Shown: positions 63,201 to 64,000 of the stretch, one piece after another | How positions within the stretch are numbered: the stretch's first letter is position 1 | How the letters are laid out: every line of letters starts with the position of its first letter | NCBI RefSeq assembly: GCF_021028975.2 | Contig: NC_059428.1 | Span: 26,412,001-26,476,000, forward strand | Length of the DNA stretch: 64,000 nt | Reading direction: 5' to 3' | DNA from: Sphaerodactylus townsendi | Lineage: Eukaryota | Translations under genes and position numbers: made by a program | Notes under the pieces: generated by a model | Databases searched by the model: none | What the model saw: only the letters and a program-made list of their open reading frames with translations | Told to the model about the DNA's origin: nothing

Positions 63201-63250
63201 TGCTGACCCTGGTGATACCAGCGAGGTTGGGGAGATGCAGATTTTGACGG
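45207..63250 (+). CDS. ATM: Serine-protein kinase ATM, 5' part (16 coding exons, 876 codons; continues beyond window)
   Basis: join(45207..45278,45364..45476,46673..46818,48172..48336,48710..48875,49875..50113,50871..51034,52955..53124,53337..53708,55066..55260,55541..55636,56781..57003,58137..58262,60499..60624,61919..62008,63085..63250); continuous phase; N-terminus MSLALHDLL..., TAN motif KATERKKE; head-to-head with NPAT. Confidence 0.96.
45364..45476 (+). CDS. ATM: ATM exon 3 ([10 protein letters not shown]...INWDATF)
   Basis: AG/GT; conserved. Confidence 0.95.
46673..46818 (+). CDS. ATM: ATM exon 4 ([11 protein letters not shown]...YFIRCANK)
   Basis: AG/GT; conserved. Confidence 0.95.
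47040..47530 (+). mobile_element. L2 LINE ORF2 3' fragment (with a nested MITE fragment)
   Basis: [13 protein letters not shown]-type C-terminal L2 motif (AGAGCCTTTTTGGCTCTGGCCCCAGCCTGGTG). Confidence 0.65.
48172..48336 (+). CDS. ATM: ATM exon 5 ([10 protein letters not shown]...[13 protein letters not shown])
   Basis: AG/GT; conserved. Confidence 0.96.
48710..48875 (+). CDS. ATM: ATM exon 6 ([11 protein letters not shown]...VLVARII)
   Basis: AG/GT; open in expected phase. Confidence 0.93.
49562..49807. mobile_element. Tc1/mariner (Tc2-like) MITE, same family as 37506
   Basis: TA-flanked TIR CCATGTTTCTCCGAAAATAAGAC / GTCTTATTTTCAGAGAAACAGTG. Confidence 0.8.
49875..50113 (+). CDS. ATM: ATM exon 7 (...[12 protein letters not shown]...[11 protein letters not shown])
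   Basis: AG/GT; conserved. Confidence 0.96.
50871..51034 (+). CDS. ATM: ATM exon 8 ([18 protein letters not shown]...MADICHQ)
   Basis: AG/GT; conserved. Confidence 0.96.
51392..51685 (-). mobile_element. CORE SINE, long-head subfamily
   Basis: Family signature with (GAA)n tail. Confidence 0.88.
51845..52470 (-). mobile_element. Two adjacent older CORE SINE copies, the second interrupted by a hAT MITE
   Basis: Repeated TTTTATCCTCACA segments (51906, 52177) and A-box remnants (52037, ~52457). Confidence 0.7.
52306..52440. mobile_element. Palindromic hAT MITE family B
   Basis: TIR CA(C/T)AGGTGTCAAACTTGCGGCCC; perfect TSD TTCTAGGC. Confidence 0.9.
52955..53124 (+). CDS. ATM: ATM exon 9 ([15 protein letters not shown]...KRRRIELGW)
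   Basis: AG/GT; basic NLS KRRR. Confidence 0.96.
53152..53270. mobile_element. Palindromic hAT MITE family C
   Basis: TIR C(C/A)GTGG(T/C)GGCGAACCTATGGCAC; TSD TTCTAGGT/TTCTAGTT. Confidence 0.88.
53337..53708 (+). CDS. ATM: ATM exon 10 ([12 protein letters not shown]...)
   Basis: 124-aa ORF; AG/GT. Confidence 0.96.
54096..54206. mobile_element. Palindromic hAT MITE family A (centre deleted)
   Basis: Same TIRs and core. Confidence 0.83.
54354..54672. mobile_element. Non-autonomous hAT (Charlie-like) element
   Basis: Imperfect TIR CAGCGATTCCCAAC / GTTGGAAAACACTG; perfect TSD AGCCAAGC. Confidence 0.82.
55066..55260 (+). CDS. ATM: ATM exon 11 (...[11 protein letters not shown]...LPPILC)
   Basis: AG/GT; conserved. 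Confidence 0.92.
55541..55636 (+). CDS. ATM: ATM exon 12 ([19 protein letters not shown])
   Basis: AG/GT; conserved. Confidence 0.95.
56251..56349 (-). mobile_element. CR1 3'-end fragment (same family as 19552)
   Basis: (CATAAGAA)2 tail; matches 19552-19645. Confidence 0.82.
56781..57003 (+). CDS. ATM: ATM exon 13 (...FMQTTFDE...SEQLLNN)
   Basis: AG/GT; phase 2-0. Confidence 0.93.
57345..57975 (+). mobile_element. CORE SINE split by a ~390-bp insertion
   Basis: Head 57345-57436, body resumes at 57829; 13-bp duplication ACCT(C/T)GGGTTAGT. Confidence 0.82.
58137..58262 (+). CDS. ATM: ATM exon 14 ([17 protein letters not shown]...SELFHKAK)
   Basis: AG/GT; conserved. Confidence 0.95.
60285..60432. 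mobile_element. Palindromic hAT MITE family A
   Basis: 148-bp palindrome; perfect 8-bp TSD ATCTAGAT. Confidence 0.92.
60499..60624 (+). CDS. ATM: ATM exon 15 (SLMHYVGES...CLCNCTQ)
   Basis: AG/GT; 126 nt. Confidence 0.93.
61200..61572 (-). mobile_element. Older CORE SINE interrupted by a hAT MITE
   Basis: SINE body flanks the MITE; A-box remnant AACCACTACACCA at 61556. Confidence 0.75.
61401..61546. mobile_element. Palindromic hAT MITE family C
   Basis: TIR C(A/C)GTGGTGGCGAACCTTTGGCAC; perfect TSD ACCTATAC. Confidence 0.9.
61919..62008 (+). CDS. ATM: ATM exon 16 (NSPRK...[17 protein letters not shown])
   Basis: AG/GT; conserved. Confidence 0.94.
62268..62570 (-). mobile_element. CORE SINE, long-head subfamily (young)
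   Basis: Family signature with (GAA)n tail. Confidence 0.88.
63085..63250 (+). CDS. ATM: ATM exon 17 (MAFMGKP...MEDDG...LDLFDD)
   Basis: AG/GT; acidic segment in expected position and phase. Confidence 0.88.
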
Positions 63251-64000
63251 GTATTTTAATCTGACCTACGTATACGTTTATATGATTTTATAAAATAATG
63301 TATGTATTTATGTTAAGCATTTATATCTCACTTTGCAGCATAAATGCGGGGAAATGATAGAAGGTCTATCCATAAACAGTAGAATTAAAGAGATACTAAC
63401 TTTATTCTTGAGACCTTGTGGTCTGAGAAAATCTTGACCTGGTACCTAAATTATGATAATTAGTGTGCTCTCAGGTGGTCTGAGGGAAGGTGCCAGTACT
63501 GAAAAGGCCCTTTTTCAGACATCCTAAACTTATTCCTGAAGATGGGCGTACCCATAGAAGCCCCTCTTTGAAATATATCCTTTAAAAGTCAGGTTTATGT
63601 GGGAGAAGAGGATACTTCAGATGCTCACTAGTACTGCATACTTAGTTTTGTGAGTCACAGCCAACAGTCTGAGTCCTTGAATGGAATTAAAAGTGCTATG
63701 AAAAGCAGCATTAAAAACGGGATTAAATTATCTGTCATGTGAAAAGTTTCCAGCATATGTTGATGACCAATTCTTCAAAAGGTTAAATTGCTGAAAGAAG
63801 ATCATTATGTAACTTTTTAAAATAAAGTTGAATTTCTGAAGGCACACAGTCCCTAGCATGCCTGGCATTAGACATGGATTTTCTCTTGACCCGGTATTAT
63901 GTCTCTCCTGCGTTGTTGTTTTTTGCTATGTGTGACAGCTGCAGTGTGGAGCAGGCACAGGTCTCAAGAAACTTATTGATGTGCTTACCAGCTAAAATTT

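Overview
Vertebrate (squamate reptile, probably a gecko, judging from the SINE and MITE repertoire) genomic window covering the conserved ACAT1-NPAT-ATM locus. ACAT1 (+, 12 coding exons, 1198-15237, 415 aa mitochondrial acetoacetyl-CoA thiolase) lies tail-to-tail with NPAT (-, 18 coding exons, 41066-17094, ~1425 aa). NPAT shares a bidirectional CpG-island promoter with ATM (+, first 16 coding exons, 45207-63250, 876 codons, continuing past the window). All exons were placed by hand using GT/AG boundaries and phase continuity. Introns hold tRNA-headed CORE SINEs, a Sauria SINE, CR1/L2 fragments, hAT and Tc1/mariner MITEs, Penelope-derived palindromes with degenerate hammerhead ribozyme cores and a Gypsy relic. 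No new protein-coding system is evident. The most interesting signals are non-coding: (1) a ~215-bp, ~96% identical unique-sequence inverted repeat bracketing ATM exons 13-14, fused to a CR1 5' end (candidate RT template switch and circRNA driver); (2) three hAT MITE families with different termini sharing one palindromic core that carries a ZNF143/Ronin-type motif; (3) Penelope palindromes with hammerhead cores and 13-bp TSDs; (4) an out-of-frame uORF overlapping the ATM start codon.
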